Assembly (NCBI GenBank): GCA_036785375.1
Contig: JAWMAR010000916.1
Location: forward strand, 372,001 to 436,000
Direction: 5' to 3'
Source: Leucoraja ocellata
Lineage: Eukaryota
DNA: 64,000 nucleotides
Position 1 is the stretch's first letter; the number at the start of each line of letters is the position of its first letter. A model generated the notes under the pieces. That model was not told the origin of the DNA, did not search any database, and saw only the letters and a program-made list of their open reading frames with translations. The position numbers were made by a program, and so were the translations under genes. Positions 22,604-35,259 of the stretch are shown here, piece by piece.

Positions 22604-25167
22604 CTGATGCTGCCTGACCCGCTGAGTTCCTCCAGCACTTTGCCCCTAGTGTATAGGATATAGAACTAGTGGTCAAAACACTCCAGTGATTTGCTCAAGA
22701 TTCCACAACTGCAGTTCCTTGTGTCTCCATTACACCAACAGAAGGAAACACAACAAACTACAGCTGCTGGAATCTTACATAGAACAAACGGTGGTGGAGT
22801 AACTCAGTGGGTCAGGCAGCACCTGAGGAGGGAAAGACAGATGACCTTTCGGGTTGAGCCCCTTCTTCAGACTCGTAGCACAGGAAAGGTGATTTGCAGT
22901 TCCTTCTTACACCCTGACTCGATCGCACAGTTACCTGCAGTTCCACTTTATACCAACAGATGTCCCGCTAGCACAGGCGCTGTTACCTGCAGTTCCACTT
23001 TACACCAACAGATGTCCCGCTTGTACAGGCGCTGGTGCTGGGAGGCAGCAGCACTACCTGCTGTGTCACTGTGCTGCCCCCTTAGATAACAGAACCAGTG
23101 TGAACCGATGGTCGACGTGGACTTGATGGGCCAAAGGGCCTATTTCTAAGCTGTGCCTCTCGAATAAAGGGTCTTGACCCAAAAAATCGTCTGCCCTTTC
23201 CCGCCACAGATGGAAAGCCGCTGAGTTCCTCCAGCACTTTGTGTTTTGGATCTGTTGGTGTAAAGTGGGACTAACCTTGGCTGTGATAACGAGGAACTCT
23301 GTAAAGAGTAAAATGTAGAATTATGGGGAGTCATTGCAGTGTGAAAGGAAACCAGTCGGCACGTTGAGCACACCTCCTATAACAGCGTGGAAACAGGCCC
23401 TTCAGCCCAACTTGTCCACACCGGCCAACATGTCCCAGCCACGCTCGTCCCACCGGCCTGCAATTGGTCCATATCCCTCCAAACCTGTCCTATCCATGTA
23501 CCTGTCTAACTGTTTCTTATACGTTGGGATAGTCCCTGCCTCAACTACCTCCTCTGGCAGCTCTTTCCATACACCCACCACCCTTTGTGTGGAAAAAGTT
23601 ACCCCTCAGATTCCTATAAAGTCAGTGAATATATGAATAAGTGAATATATTTAAGGCAGAGATAGATTCTTGATTAGTACGGGTGTCAGAGGTTATGGGG
23701 AGAAGGTAGGAGAATGGTGTAGATTTGATGGGCTGAATAGCCTAAATCTGCTCCTATCATTTATGATCTTATGGGTGACGTTTCGGGTCAAGACCCATCT
23801 TCAGACTGATTCAGAAGGGTCTCGGCCCAAAACGTCACCCATTCCTTCTCTCCAGAGATGCTGCCTGTCCTACAGCATTTTGTGTCTGTCTTCAATTTAA
23901 ACCAGCATCTGCAGTTCTTTCCTGCACACTTATGATCTTATACCAGGCCCGTACGAAGCGTTCCAAAAAGGGGGGTGGCATGACAGGATTACAAAAAATT
24001 TAATGTGAAATAATGTGCACACTGTGCACATCATGGGCACGAAGCGTGAAGTCCCTCGATGCCAGCTCTGGGGTTTTAGATGCTCTCTCATGCATTCTGA
24101 GCCTTACTTTGGAGCATTTTTGCACCAAATTTATGACCATTATTTCAGAAATTAACAGATATCTGAGAGGTAGCTTTTTCACACAAAGGGTGCTGGGTGT
24201 ATCTAACGAACTGCCAGAGGAGGTAGTTAAGGCTGGGACTATCCTAATGTTTAAGAGACATTTGGGACACGTACATGGATAGGACAGATTTAGATGGATA
24301 TATGGGCCAACGCGTGTGAGTGGGACTAGTTTAGATGGGACATGTTGGTCGGTGTGGGCAAGTTGGGCTGAAGGGCCTGTTTCCACACTGCATCATTCTA
24401 TGACTAAAAAGTTAAGAAGAAAAATGCATGTAGATAAGTAGAGCAGATTTAGAAACATAAGAACATAGAAAATAAGTGTAGGGCTTGGCCATTCGGCCCT
24501 TCGAGCCTGCAACACTATTCAATATGATCATGGCTGATCATCCAACTCAGTATCCTGTACCTGCCTTCTCTCCATACCCCCCTGATCCCTATAGCCACAA
24601 GGGCCACATCTAACTCCCTCTTAAATATAGCCAATGAACTGGCCTCAACTACATTCTGTGGCAGAGAATTCCAGAGATTCACCACTCTCTGTGTAAAAAA
24701 TGTTTTTCTCATCTCAGTCCTAAAAGATTTTCCCTTTATCCTTAACTGTGACACATTTTTCTGGACTTCCCCAACAACGGGAACAATCTTCCTGCATCTA
24801 GCCTGTCCAACCCCTTAAGAATTTTGTAAGTTTCTATAAGATCCCCCCCAATCTTCTAAATTCTAGCGAGTACAAGCCGAGACCAAAGCTGTACGCAATA
24901 CTCCAGGTGTGGTCTCACCAAGACCCTGTACAACTGCAGTAGAACCTCCCTGCTCCTATACTCAAATCATTTTGCTGTAAAATGCTAACATACCATTCGC
25001 TTTCTTCACTGCCTGCTGCACCTGCATTTCTACTTTCAATGACTGGTGTACCATGACACCCAGGTCTCGTTGCATCTCCCCTTTCCTTAATTGAAAGAGG
25101 AGTGAAATGTAAAGGGCAGAGAGAGGTTTATGGGTGGAAAGGAACATAGGAAAGGAGGGGGGAGAGT
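22604..25167. repeat. Segmental duplication, copy 2 (paralog of 1-3426)
   Basis: Colinear with copy 1 and lacks the 49-911 transposon. Confidence 0.9.
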
Positions 25168-25461
25168 GGGCCTGGGCAGATGGGTGAAGGGAAAATAGGC
25201 ACAAAGTGCTGGAGTAACTCAGTGAGTCAGGCAGCATCTCTGGAGATTATATTTCGGGTCAAGACCGTTCTTCAGTAATATTCATGATGTGACATGCATA
25301 GACATTCCCTGAATGTTACCCAAACCATCGTGGGCTACTTTGTTACGGTGCTTGCCCTCTCCTATAATGTCTCTGCTGCCTTGGTGGAAACTTAAGAAAT
25401 TCCTGCTCATCTCCTTCCTAAAGGAATGTCTTTTAATTCCAAGGCTGTGGCCACTGGTCCT

Positions 25462-25617
25462 AGACTCTCCCACTAGTAGAAACATCCTCTCCACATCCAC
25501 TCCATCCAGGTTTTTACCAGACTGGGACATGGTGTGAAGCTGTTGCAGTCTGTCCCAGTCTGGTAAAAACCTGGATGGAGTGGATGTGGAGAGGATGTTC
25601 TACTAGTGGGAGAGTCT
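25462..25617. repeat. Near-perfect inverted repeat (~68-bp arms, 21-nt loop)
   Basis: 25462-25529 is the reverse complement of 25551-25617 apart from a 1-nt indel. Confidence 0.95.
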
Positions 25618-25761
25618 GAAACATCGCCCATTCTTTCTGTCCACAGATGCTGCCTGTCCCGCTGAGTTACTCCAGCATTTTGTGTCTACCTCCCAGTCTT
25701 TTTTAATGTGTTTAGCTTTTAACTTTAGAGATACAGAGCAGAAACAGACCCTTCGGCCCAC

Positions 25762-26566
25762 CATGTCCGTGCCACCCCGTACACTATCAAACACACGAGG
25801 GACAATTTACAATTTTTACCAAAGACAATTAATTTACAAACATTCACGTATTTGCAGTGTGGGAGGAAACTGGAGCACCCAGAGAAAACCCACGCGGTCC
25901 ATGAGGAGAAAGTACAAACTCCACACAGACAGCACCCGTAGTCAGGATCGAACCCGGGTCTCTGGCGCTGGAAGGCAGCAACTCTACCGCTGCACCACCG
26001 AGTTTTACTGAGGTTCACCATGGATTCCTGTAACTGCGGTTGCGAGCCTAAAGCCACTAGAGGGGGTATGTTACCCAGCCCTCAATATCTCCAATCATTG
26101 TTTCCATTTTACTCTCAAACTTGCCTGAATAAAATCAGTAATCCCTATTGTATGTTGGCAATCATTATTTGAATCATGCTACATCAATAATGTTCATGGA
26201 TTCAATGATTGCATTTCAATGATATCAATGATATGGATGAGAACATACAGGGCAAGATTCGCAAGTTTGCAGATGATACAAAAGAGGGTGGTTTTACAGT
26301 GAAGATGGGTGTGAAAAATTGCAGCAGGAACTTGATCGATTGGCCAGGTGGGCGGAGGAATGGTTGATGCAATTTAAAACAGAGAAGTGTGAGGTGTTGC
26401 ATTTTGGGAAGTTTAACATGGGCAGGACCTACACAGTGAATGGTCGGGCTGTGGCTAGTGTTGTAGAGCAGAGGGGTCTAGGAGTACAGGTGCATGGTTC
26501 CTTGAAGGAGGAGCCGCAGGTGGATAGGGAGGTCAAAAAGGCTTTTGGCTCATTGGCCTTCATCAG
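25762..26566. repeat. Duplicated block (paralog of ~57587-58388): SINE + unique segment + CR1 fragment
   Basis: Colinear near-identity. ORFs 26202..26402 and 58026..58226 are nearly identical. Confidence 0.9.
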
Positions 26567-28404
26567 TCAGAGTATTGAGTATAAAGGTTAGGAGATTATG
26601 TTCATAAGGTCATAAGTGATAGGATTAGAATTAGGCCATTTGGCCCAACAAGTCTACTCTGCCATTCAATCATGGCTGATCTAGCTCTGCCACCTAACCC
26701 ATTCTCACGCCTTCTCCCCATAACTCCTGATACCCGTACTAATCAAGAATCTATCTATCTCTGCCTTAAAAATATACATGGATTTGGCCTCCTCAGCCTT
26801 CTGTGGTAAAGAATTTCACAGATTCACCACCCTCTGACTAAAGAAATTCCTTCTCATCTTCCTAAAGGAATGTCCTTTAATTCTGAGGCTATGACCTCTT
26901 GTCCCAGATTCACCCACTGGTGGAAACACCCTCTCCACATCCACTCTAACCAGGCCTTTCACCATTCTGTAAGTTTCTGTACGATTCTGTGCTTTTCACC
27001 ATTCTGTACGTATGTTACAGTTGTATTAGATGTTGGTGAGGCCGCATTTAGAATATCATGTCCTGTTCTGGGCACCATGTTATAGAAAAGATATTGTCAA
27101 ACTGGAAAAGGTACAGGGAAGATTTACGAGGATGTTGTCAGGACTCGAGGGAGAGGTTGAGTAGGCTGGGTCTCTATTCCTTGGAAAGCAGTAGCTGAGG
27201 GGTGATCTTGTAGATATGTACAGGGCTGCCAACATTGGGTGAGAGTTGGGAGTGAGAAATTTGCGAGAGACCAAGCCCGAGGGAGCATCGCGATCGGGGA
27301 GCGGGGGGGGGGGGGGGGGGGAGGGTGGTGTGTGGAGGGGGGTGGGAGGAGGGTGCCCACTCCCATTGGTACGGAACATTTGCATTTTTCAGCTTAAAAT
27401 TGTGCAATATGGTGCATACTGTAGCGAGTCTTATAACTAACACTTGAATGCAATATATATGCTTTAAATTGGATTGGAGCGTTTTTGAAAGGGGGGAGGC
27501 TGTGCGATTACTGGCCTTGGGGGTACCCGGTGAGGGAGTGGAGCAACCGAGTGGGGAGAGGGTGTGGAAGAAGGGTAGGAACTTTTTGAAATCTCATGTT
27601 TTAGTGCACTGTAGAAGTATGATTCCAATGTTTTTTGTATGAAGTATTTTTAAGAGGTAACTTTTTAAGGGGTAACTTTATCCACACAAAGGGTGATGGG
27701 TGTATGGAACAAGCTGCCAGAGGAGGTAGTTGAGGCAGGGACCATCCCAATATTTAAGAAAAAGTTAGACTGATACATGGATAGGACAGGTTTGGAGGTA
27801 TGGACCAAAAGCAGGTAGCGTAGCTGGGACATGTTGGCGGGTGAGGGCAAGTTGCACCGAAGGGCCTGTTTTCACACTGTATCACTCTATGACTACATTA
27901 TACCTCCACCATGCATGAATGCTTCAAAATCAAGTGATCGAGTTTTATTGCCATATACTCAAGCATAGAATCATAGAAAATAGGTGCAGGTAGGCCATTC
28001 GAGCCAGCACTGCCATTCAATATGATCATGGCTATTCATCTAAAATCAGTACCTCTTTCCTGTTTTCTCCCCATAACCCATGATGTCGTTAGCCCCAAGA
28101 ACTAAATGTAACTCTGTCTTGAAAACATCCAGTGAATTGGCCTGCACTGCCTTCTGTGGCAGAGAATTCCACAGATTCACAACTCTCTGCATGAAGAAAG
28201 TTTGTTCTCATCTCAGTCCTAACTGCCCCCCCCCCCCTTTATTCTTAAACTGTGACCCATGGTTCTGAACGCCCCCAACATCGGGAACATTTTTCCTGCA
28301 GTTACAGTAAGTGAATATCTAGCAGGCAAGCAGGATGCTTTCTCCAACCACCCCAATTTGAAGTCCACTATCTTCCACCGTATCTACCCAGTGCTTGGTA
28401 GTAA

Positions 28405-29265
28405 TAATAATAATAAAAACATTTATTTATGGGCGCCTTTCAAGAGTCTCAAGGACACCTTACAAAAATTTAGCAGGTAGAGGAAAAACATGTAAGCGGA
28501 ATGAAATAAATAGTAGAGACATGACTAGTACACAAAGTAAAGACAGAATTCAATTCAAAACACAATATGAGGCAATTCAAGCACAGATGAAAAGGGAGGG
28601 GGACGTGGGGCTAGGGATAGGCAGAGGTGAAGAAATGGGTCTTGAGGCGGGACTGGAAGATGGTGAGGGACACGGAATTGCGGATCTGTTGGGGGAGGGA
28701 GTTCCAGAGCCTGTGAACTGCCCTGGAGAAGGCTCTGTCCCCAAAACTGCGGAGGTTGGATTTGTGGATGGAGAGACCGGCTGATGTGGATCTGAGGGAC
28801 CGTGAGGGTTGGTAGGGGGAGAGGAGGTCAGTAGATATGGGGTGGCCAGATGGTGGAGGGCTTTGTAGGTGAGTATCAGGATTTTGTAGGTGATCTGGTG
28901 GGAGATGGGAAGCCAGTGAAGTTGTTTGAGGACTGGAGTGATGTGATGCCAGGATTTGGTGTGGGTGATGAGTCGGGCGGCTGCGTTCTGGACCAGTTGG
29001 AGTCGGATGATGTAGGTGGAGCTGATGCCAAGGAGAAGTGAGTTGCAATAGTCCAGTCGGGAGGAGATGAAGGCATGGATGAGTCATTCAGCAGCGGGAG
29101 GCGTGAGAGAAGGTCTGAGTTTGGCGATGTTGCGGAGATGAAAGAAGGAGGTTTTAATGACATGGCGGATGTGAGGTTCAAGGGAGAGGGTGGAATCAAA
29201 GATCACGCCAAGGTTGCGGGCCTGGGGAGATGGTGAGACAGTGGTGCCGTCGATGGTGAGAGTGG
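28405..29265 (-). mobile_element. L2-type LINE 3' fragment
   Basis: GDRAFS...LWNSLP...FQSRLKTHFF. Same family as 55190-57390. Confidence 0.85.
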
Positions 29266-29309
29266 GTACTTACTTCCAGCAGCCACTGGTTGTCGTCCAG
29301 GATCCACAG

Positions 29310-30098
29310 AGACTCTCTCTCTCTCTCCCCTCTTTTCCGCTCTCTCTCCTCTCAACCCCCCTCTCTCTCTCCCCTCCCTCTCTCTTTCCCCTCTCTCTCT
29401 CCTCTCGCCCTCTCTTTCTCTCCTCTCACCCCCTCTCTCCCGTCTTCCCCTCTCACTCTCTCCCCTTCCCTCTCTTCTCTCTTCCCCCCTCTCTCCCCTC
29501 TCATTCCCCCCTCTCTCCCTCCCACCTTACTCTTCCCCCTCTCTCTTGTCCCCTCTCTTCTCTCTATCTCCCCCTCTTTCCCCTAACTCTCTCTCCCCCT
29601 CTCTCTCTCCCCCTCGCTTTCTTCTCTCTCTCCCCCTCTCTCCTCACTCCCCCTCGCTTCCCCTCAACCTCTTTCTCCCTCCCTCTCTATCTCTCCCCTC
29701 TCCACACTCCACCCTCTCTCTTTCTCCTCTCTCTCTGTCTCTCCTCTCACTTCTCTCTCTTCCCGTCTCTCTTCCCCATTTCTCCCTCCAACCTCACTCT
29801 CCCCCTCTCCCCTCTCTTTCTCCTCTGTCTCTATCTCTTTTTCTTTGCCCCCCTATCTCTCTTTCCCCGTTTCCCTTTCCACCTCTCTTTTACCACCCCT
29901 CTCTCTTCCCCTTCTCTCTCCCCTTCTCTCTCCCATTCTCTCCTACCCTCTCCACCCACTCTCTCTCTTCCCTTTCTTCCCTCTCACCCCTCTCTCACTT
30001 CCCCCCCTCTCTCCCCCACCTCCATTCACTACCCTCTCTCTCCTCTCTCTCCCCTGTCTCCCTGTCTCCTTCCTCTCTCTCTCTCTCTCCACCTCCCT
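29310..30098. repeat. ~0.8-kb CT-rich polypyrimidine low-complexity tract
   Basis: Almost exclusively C/T on the + strand. Confidence 0.95.
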
Positions 30099-30871
30099 TT
30101 GAGAGTCTGTCCCTTCGGCACAGAGACTCTGGCGGCAGCGGCAGCGGCTCAACGCTTCTGACGCCTCCGACGCCCGGGACTTGCACTGTCCGGAATGCTC
30201 CATGGCCAGAGCTGCAGCGAGCGACACGCCGGCCCCGGCAAACACTCGTCCGTCCCGGCTCCCCGCATCTGTTCCGGCCGCTGGTTCTGCTCCCATCCCT
30301 CCCGCAGCCTCTTCTCTCCAACACCCGCGGACCGTGCAGTTTATCCGAGTTTTCACATTTTCGTTGATCACAAAATTTCTCACCACTGAGCGTGAGAAAT
30401 TTCTGATGAGCGTGAGGGCGTGAGAGTTTGCTTGAGGGCGTGAGTCTCACGCTCAAAGCGTGAGAGTTGGCAGCCCTGATATGTATACAATCATGAGAGG
30501 AATAGATCGGGTAGATGCACAGAGTAGGGGAATCGAGAACAAGAGAACAATAGGTTTAAGGTGAAGGGGAAAAGATTTAATAGGAATCTGAGGGGTAACT
30601 TTTTTACACAAAGGATGGTGGGTGTATGGAACTAGCTGCCAGAGGGGGTAGTTGAGGCAGGGACTATCCCAACGTTAAGAAACAGTTAGACAGGTCCATA
30701 GATAGGACAGGTTTAGAGGGACATGGGCCAAATGCAAGCAGGTGGGACTGGTGTAGCTGGGACATGTTGGCCGGTGTGGGCAAGTTGGGCCAAAGGGCCT
30801 GTTTCCACACTGTGACTATGATTAATTGGATTAACCTCTATCAGGCAATTCACCATGGACTTGACACTCAC

Positions 30872-30935
30872 TCTGCATCTTGGCTTTGATGTGCAGTGGG
30901 AACACTCGGTCTAACCCGCCCTTCTGTTAACTGGG
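30872..30935 (-). CDS. B7-like gene, candidate cytoplasmic exon ((A)QLTEGRVRPSVPTAHQSQDA)
   Basis: Acceptor ccatcAG and donor GTGAGT. Open in phase 1, matching the end of the TM exon. Unique sequence between repeats. Confidence 0.55.
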
Positions 30936-31879
30936 CTGATGGAATATTTTGTGTAGGAATTATAATAATTGAATATTGTCAAATTCCTGGGCGTGTATAT
31001 TTCCGACAATCTTTCTTGGACCCAGCAGAATGATGCAATCATAAAGAAAGCACAACAATGCCTCTACTTCCTGATAAGATTACGGAGATTCAGTATGTCA
31101 AAGAGGATTGTATCGTGGCCTGGTTCAGCAACTTGAACGTCCAGGAGCAGAAAAGACGGCAAGAAGTTGTAAACACTGCCCAGGCCATCACCGGCTCTGA
31201 CCTCCCCACCATCGAAGGGATCTATCGTAGTCGCTTTCTCAAAAAGACAAACCAACATCATCAAAGACTCACACCATCCTGGCCACACACTCATCTCACC
31301 ACTGCCATCGGGAAGAAGGTACAGGAGCCTGAGAACTGTAACATCCAGGTTCAGGAACAGCTGCTTCCCTACAGCCATCAGGCAATTAAACACAACAACT
31401 TCATATGCAATGATGGTTATTATTATTATTACACTGTTATTGTTTGTTCTTTTTTTCCGGAGTTTTTGTTATTATTTATTATGATTACATATTCTGTTGT
31501 GCTGCAGCAAGTAAGAATTTCATTGTTCTATCTGGGACATATGACAATAAAACACTCTTGACTAGATTGAATAAGTTTATTGGCCAAGTATGTTCACATA
31601 CAAGGAATTTTCCTTGGTGCTCCGCTCACAAGTGACAACATGACACACAGTGACAATTAAGAATGACACATAAAACATTAAGCATTAAGAAGAAAACATT
31701 ATCGATTAAACATGTGAATTAAATAAAATACCAGAACAAAAGGAGGCTACATATTTTTGGTTATTCAGTAGAGCTACTACTCATGGAAAAAAGCTATTTT
31801 TATGTCTGGCTGTGGCAGCTTTGAAAGTCCGGAGTCGCCTTCCAGAAGGAAGTGATTCAAAGAGTTTGTGGCCAGGGTG

Positions 31880-34136
31880 AGAGGGGTCAGAGATGATCGC
31901 ATAGGAATGATCCATAGGAATGAAGGGGCTGTCGTGAATAAATAGTCTATTCTGGAAAAAGAACGGTGAACATGAGAAAAAAGAGAATTGTCTAGCAGTT
32001 GGGTTCAGGAATCTCCAGGGGTCCACATAACCATTTTGTTGCATAAACAGTGAAAAGGCCTTTGCCAAACCAGAAGGTGTCCCCTTAGAACTAGACCTAT
32101 CAAGCAGTGGATTAATAGCACAGATCAGGTCTCCGGAAAAAATTAGTTGGTGCGTGTTCAGATCGGGTATTAATGACAAAACCTTATTTGCAAAGTGAAC
32201 ATCATCCCAATTAGTGGCATAAACATTCACTAAGACGACAGGTTTTTGAAAAAGACACCCGGAAACTATAATAAACCGGCCATTAGGGTCACTGACTATG
32301 TCGGACGGTGTAAACTGTATTCTTTTGATGATTAATATTGCCACACCCCTGGACCTGCTATTAAATCTGGAGTGAAAGATCTGACTAACCCACGTTTTAC
32401 ACAGTCTATTATGATCTTCCAGTCTTAAGCGAGTTTCTTGTAGAAGTAGTATATCTGTTTTTAGTTGTTTCAGATGAGAAAAAACTTTAGCTGTTTTAAC
32501 AGGACCATTAAGCCCCTTTACATTCCAAGATATAAACCTCACAGCCTCCATCAATATCACCATTAGCCATATTTCAAAATATACATTTCAAAAATACATA
32601 CAGGGTCTGCCATCCAAAACAACGCAAAGGTTGCATGTGAGAGCCCACAATGGGGAAAAAAAAGAAAAAAGAAAGTCGAGCGCATTTGTAACTATCAAAG
32701 AATAAGCTGCCATTACCCCAAAACCTTTCCCTCATCCCCCTTACAATATCAAAAAAAACATTTAACCCCCAAAAACCTAGATCTTCTTCCCCAACTGAGG
32801 ACAATCGCAGGCATTACAAAACAAAAAACTTCCAAAGTGTTCCCTAACTAAAATTTTAGATCCAATTGAGGGTGGCTCCCTTCTTTGAAAGTTGTACAGT
32901 CGTTTGTTCTACTTTTAAGATATATAGCCTAAATATAACCCCGGACAAGCAAAGCATTACGAGAAAGAAGGAAGTAAAAAATTGTATCCCAGAGAGCAAT
33001 TTAAAAGTCCTCAACCCACTACTCAAATTCTGTAGCATGGCAGTTCAGCTCAGTCGAGTTCCACAAATTAAACTGAAGAATGAACAAATCTTACAAAGAT
33101 GACCAGTTTACTGCCGCAGGAGGCCGTGCCAATGCCGCGTGGATATCCTAAAAGGTCATTGTTCTTCACGGCCGTCACCTCCCCAGCGCGAGTAATTAAA
33201 CATTTTGGCAGCCTCTTGTGTATCGAAGTAGTGCTTTTTACTTTCATGAGTGACCTGGAGCCGGGCAGGATACAGGAGGCAAAACCAAACCCCTTTCTCA
33301 TAGAGCAGGGATTTTATTTCCCTAAAAGTTGCACGTTTTCTCCCCAGCTCCGCGCTGAAATCCTCATGAAAAAACACCCAGTGCCCTGGGAAGGACAGTT
33401 CCTGCCTCCGTTTGGTGATGATACGATATTGATCCTGGAAGTAATGAAAGAGAACCAGGAACATTCTTGGCTTAGATGGCTTGATATTCGGGACGTTCGT
33501 TAGTGTTGGTCCAATTCGGTGGGCATGCGAATGCATAAAAGGTCTTGGGAAGAAATCAGCCCCCAGCACTTCTCCAAAAAACTCAGTCATAAATTTAACA
33601 GGGTCCGAACCTTCCAACCTTTTGGGAATCCCGACCACCTTTAGGTTGGATCTCCGCGAGCGGTTCTTGAGGTCATCTAGCTTCACTTTCAGAAGCACAT
33701 TTTCACTCTATTGTAGCTATGGCAGTTTCAGCGCTCACCAGTCTGTCACTGTGGTCATTCAGGCCGTCTTCAACCTCGCGAATGTGTTCATCATGCATTT
33801 CGTAATAGGATTTAACTTGCTCCAGACTGGTGTTCACCGGCGACAAAGCCACTTCAAGTTCTCTTTTTAGGACAGAGTTAACCGCTTGTGTCATATCGGC
33901 AAGGAGTGCTGAACGAAGCCTCTCGAGATCCTCTGGTAGTTCAAGGCCAGATTCAGGCAGCGGTGCCAAAGCTGCAGCACTCTTGCTTGAGATTTTGCCG
34001 TCTTTTCCTCCAGTTTTAGCTCGACGGCTCATTTTACTTATTGTATCAGGTGCTTAATACTGCCTCGAGTCCTTCATAGTGTTTAATAGTGGCTTATCTC
34101 AAAAATTGTTCATTCCATGTTCAACCCGGAAGTCCA
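31880..34136 (-). mobile_element. L1-clade LINE 5' half (5' UTR, ORF1, start of ORF2 endonuclease), degraded
   Basis: Starts GGACTTCCGGG. ORF1 includes DDLKNRSRRSNLKVVGIP and LLYPARLQV (frameshifted). ORF2 includes SWNVKGLN and LLQET. Confidence 0.85.
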
Positions 34137-34294
34137 CTCCAGCATTTTGTGTCTATCTCAAGGATGTGCAGATGTGGTTTACACTGAAGATGATGGAGTC
34201 CAGCATTACTCCAGAATTTTGTGTCTACCAAGTCAAACCTTCTAGCCTGCTCTTATGTCTAATTTTGCTAAATTATAGAGTTTAAAACACTCAC

Positions 34295-34420
34295 CATTTA
34301 GTAAGACATTTCGTAGAGAGAGGCAGAGCAGCAGCAGCACTATCATAGCAGCGATGGCTATCAGCTCAACCCACCAGAAACGTTTTGCTCTCTTCGACAC
34401 AACCATTCCCTTCGTATTCT
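34295..34420 (-). CDS. B7-like gene, stalk/transmembrane exon
   Basis: Acceptor ttcccgctAG and donor GTGAGT. 126 bp, phase 1-1, encoding NTKGMVVSKRAKRFWWVELIAIAAMIVLLLLCLSLRNVLLN. Confidence 0.8.
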
Positions 34421-34829
34421 CTAGCGGGAAAGACACCGACACAGAAACATCCACTCAATATTGATGCAAATATTAAAAATCAGAAACCAAAAAAACTTTC
34501 ATGCAATTTTCCACAGAATCCTTGGAGGTATGAGGAATACATTGTAGTTTAGAGGTTTAGAGATACAGTGCGGAAACAGGCCCTTGGGCCCACCGAGTCT
34601 GCACCGACCAGCGATCCCCACACATTAGCACTATCCCACACTAGGAACAATTTACATTTATACCAAGCCAATTAACCTGTACGTCTTTAGAGTGTGGGGG
34701 GAAACTGGAAATCTCGGGAAAAAAAACAGCATCTCACACACAGAACAGTACAGCACAGGAATAGGCCCTTCGGCCCATAATGTCTGTGCCAAACACGATG
34801 CCATGTTAAACTAATCCCTTAGTTTTAGT

Positions 34830-35108
34830 TTAGTTTAGAGATACAGCGCGGAAACAGGCCCTTCAGCCCAACATGTCCGCGGTGACCAGTGATCCCCGCA
34901 CACTAACACACTAGGGACAATGTACAATTATACCAAGCCATTTAGCCTACAAACCTGTACGTCTTTGGAGTGTAGGGGGAAACTGGAGATCCCGGAGAAA
35001 GCCAACACAGGTCACAGGGAGAACGTACAAACTCCGTACAGACAGCACCCGCACCCGGGTCTCTGGTGCTGTGAGGCAGCAACTCTACCGCTGCGCCACC
35101 GTGCCACC
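34830..35108 (-). mobile_element. tRNA-derived V-SINE (HE1-like)
   Basis: A-box GGTGGCGCAGCGG and V-domain GCTGTCTGTACGGAGTTTGTACGTTCTCCC. Further copies lie at about 25760, 36640, 41260, 43030, 47660, 49700, 50405, 50700 and 57590. Confidence 0.85.
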
Positions 35109-35259
35109 CCGGTGTTTCACAACTGTGGTATATCAAGCTGTATCACTAAACTAAACTAAACTTCCTAAGTATGCTTACATTTGACAACTTCCACTTGTCA
35201 CCACCATTGTGTAGTAAGGAACTGCAGATGCTGGTTTACACAGAAGACAGACACAATAT

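Larger units (their letters stand above)
27221..30478. mobile_element. hAT (Tip100-like) non-autonomous DNA transposon with nested LINE fragments
   Basis: TIRs CAGGGCTGCCAAC / GTTGGCAGCCCTG. ATATGTA flanks both sides (27214-27220 and 30479-30485). It interrupts a CR1 that resumes at 30486. Confidence 0.75.

Noticed and set aside
29190-30456. Long Leu/Ser/Pro-rich ORFs (323 aa, 273 aa)
   Set aside because: Translation of a CT low-complexity tract.
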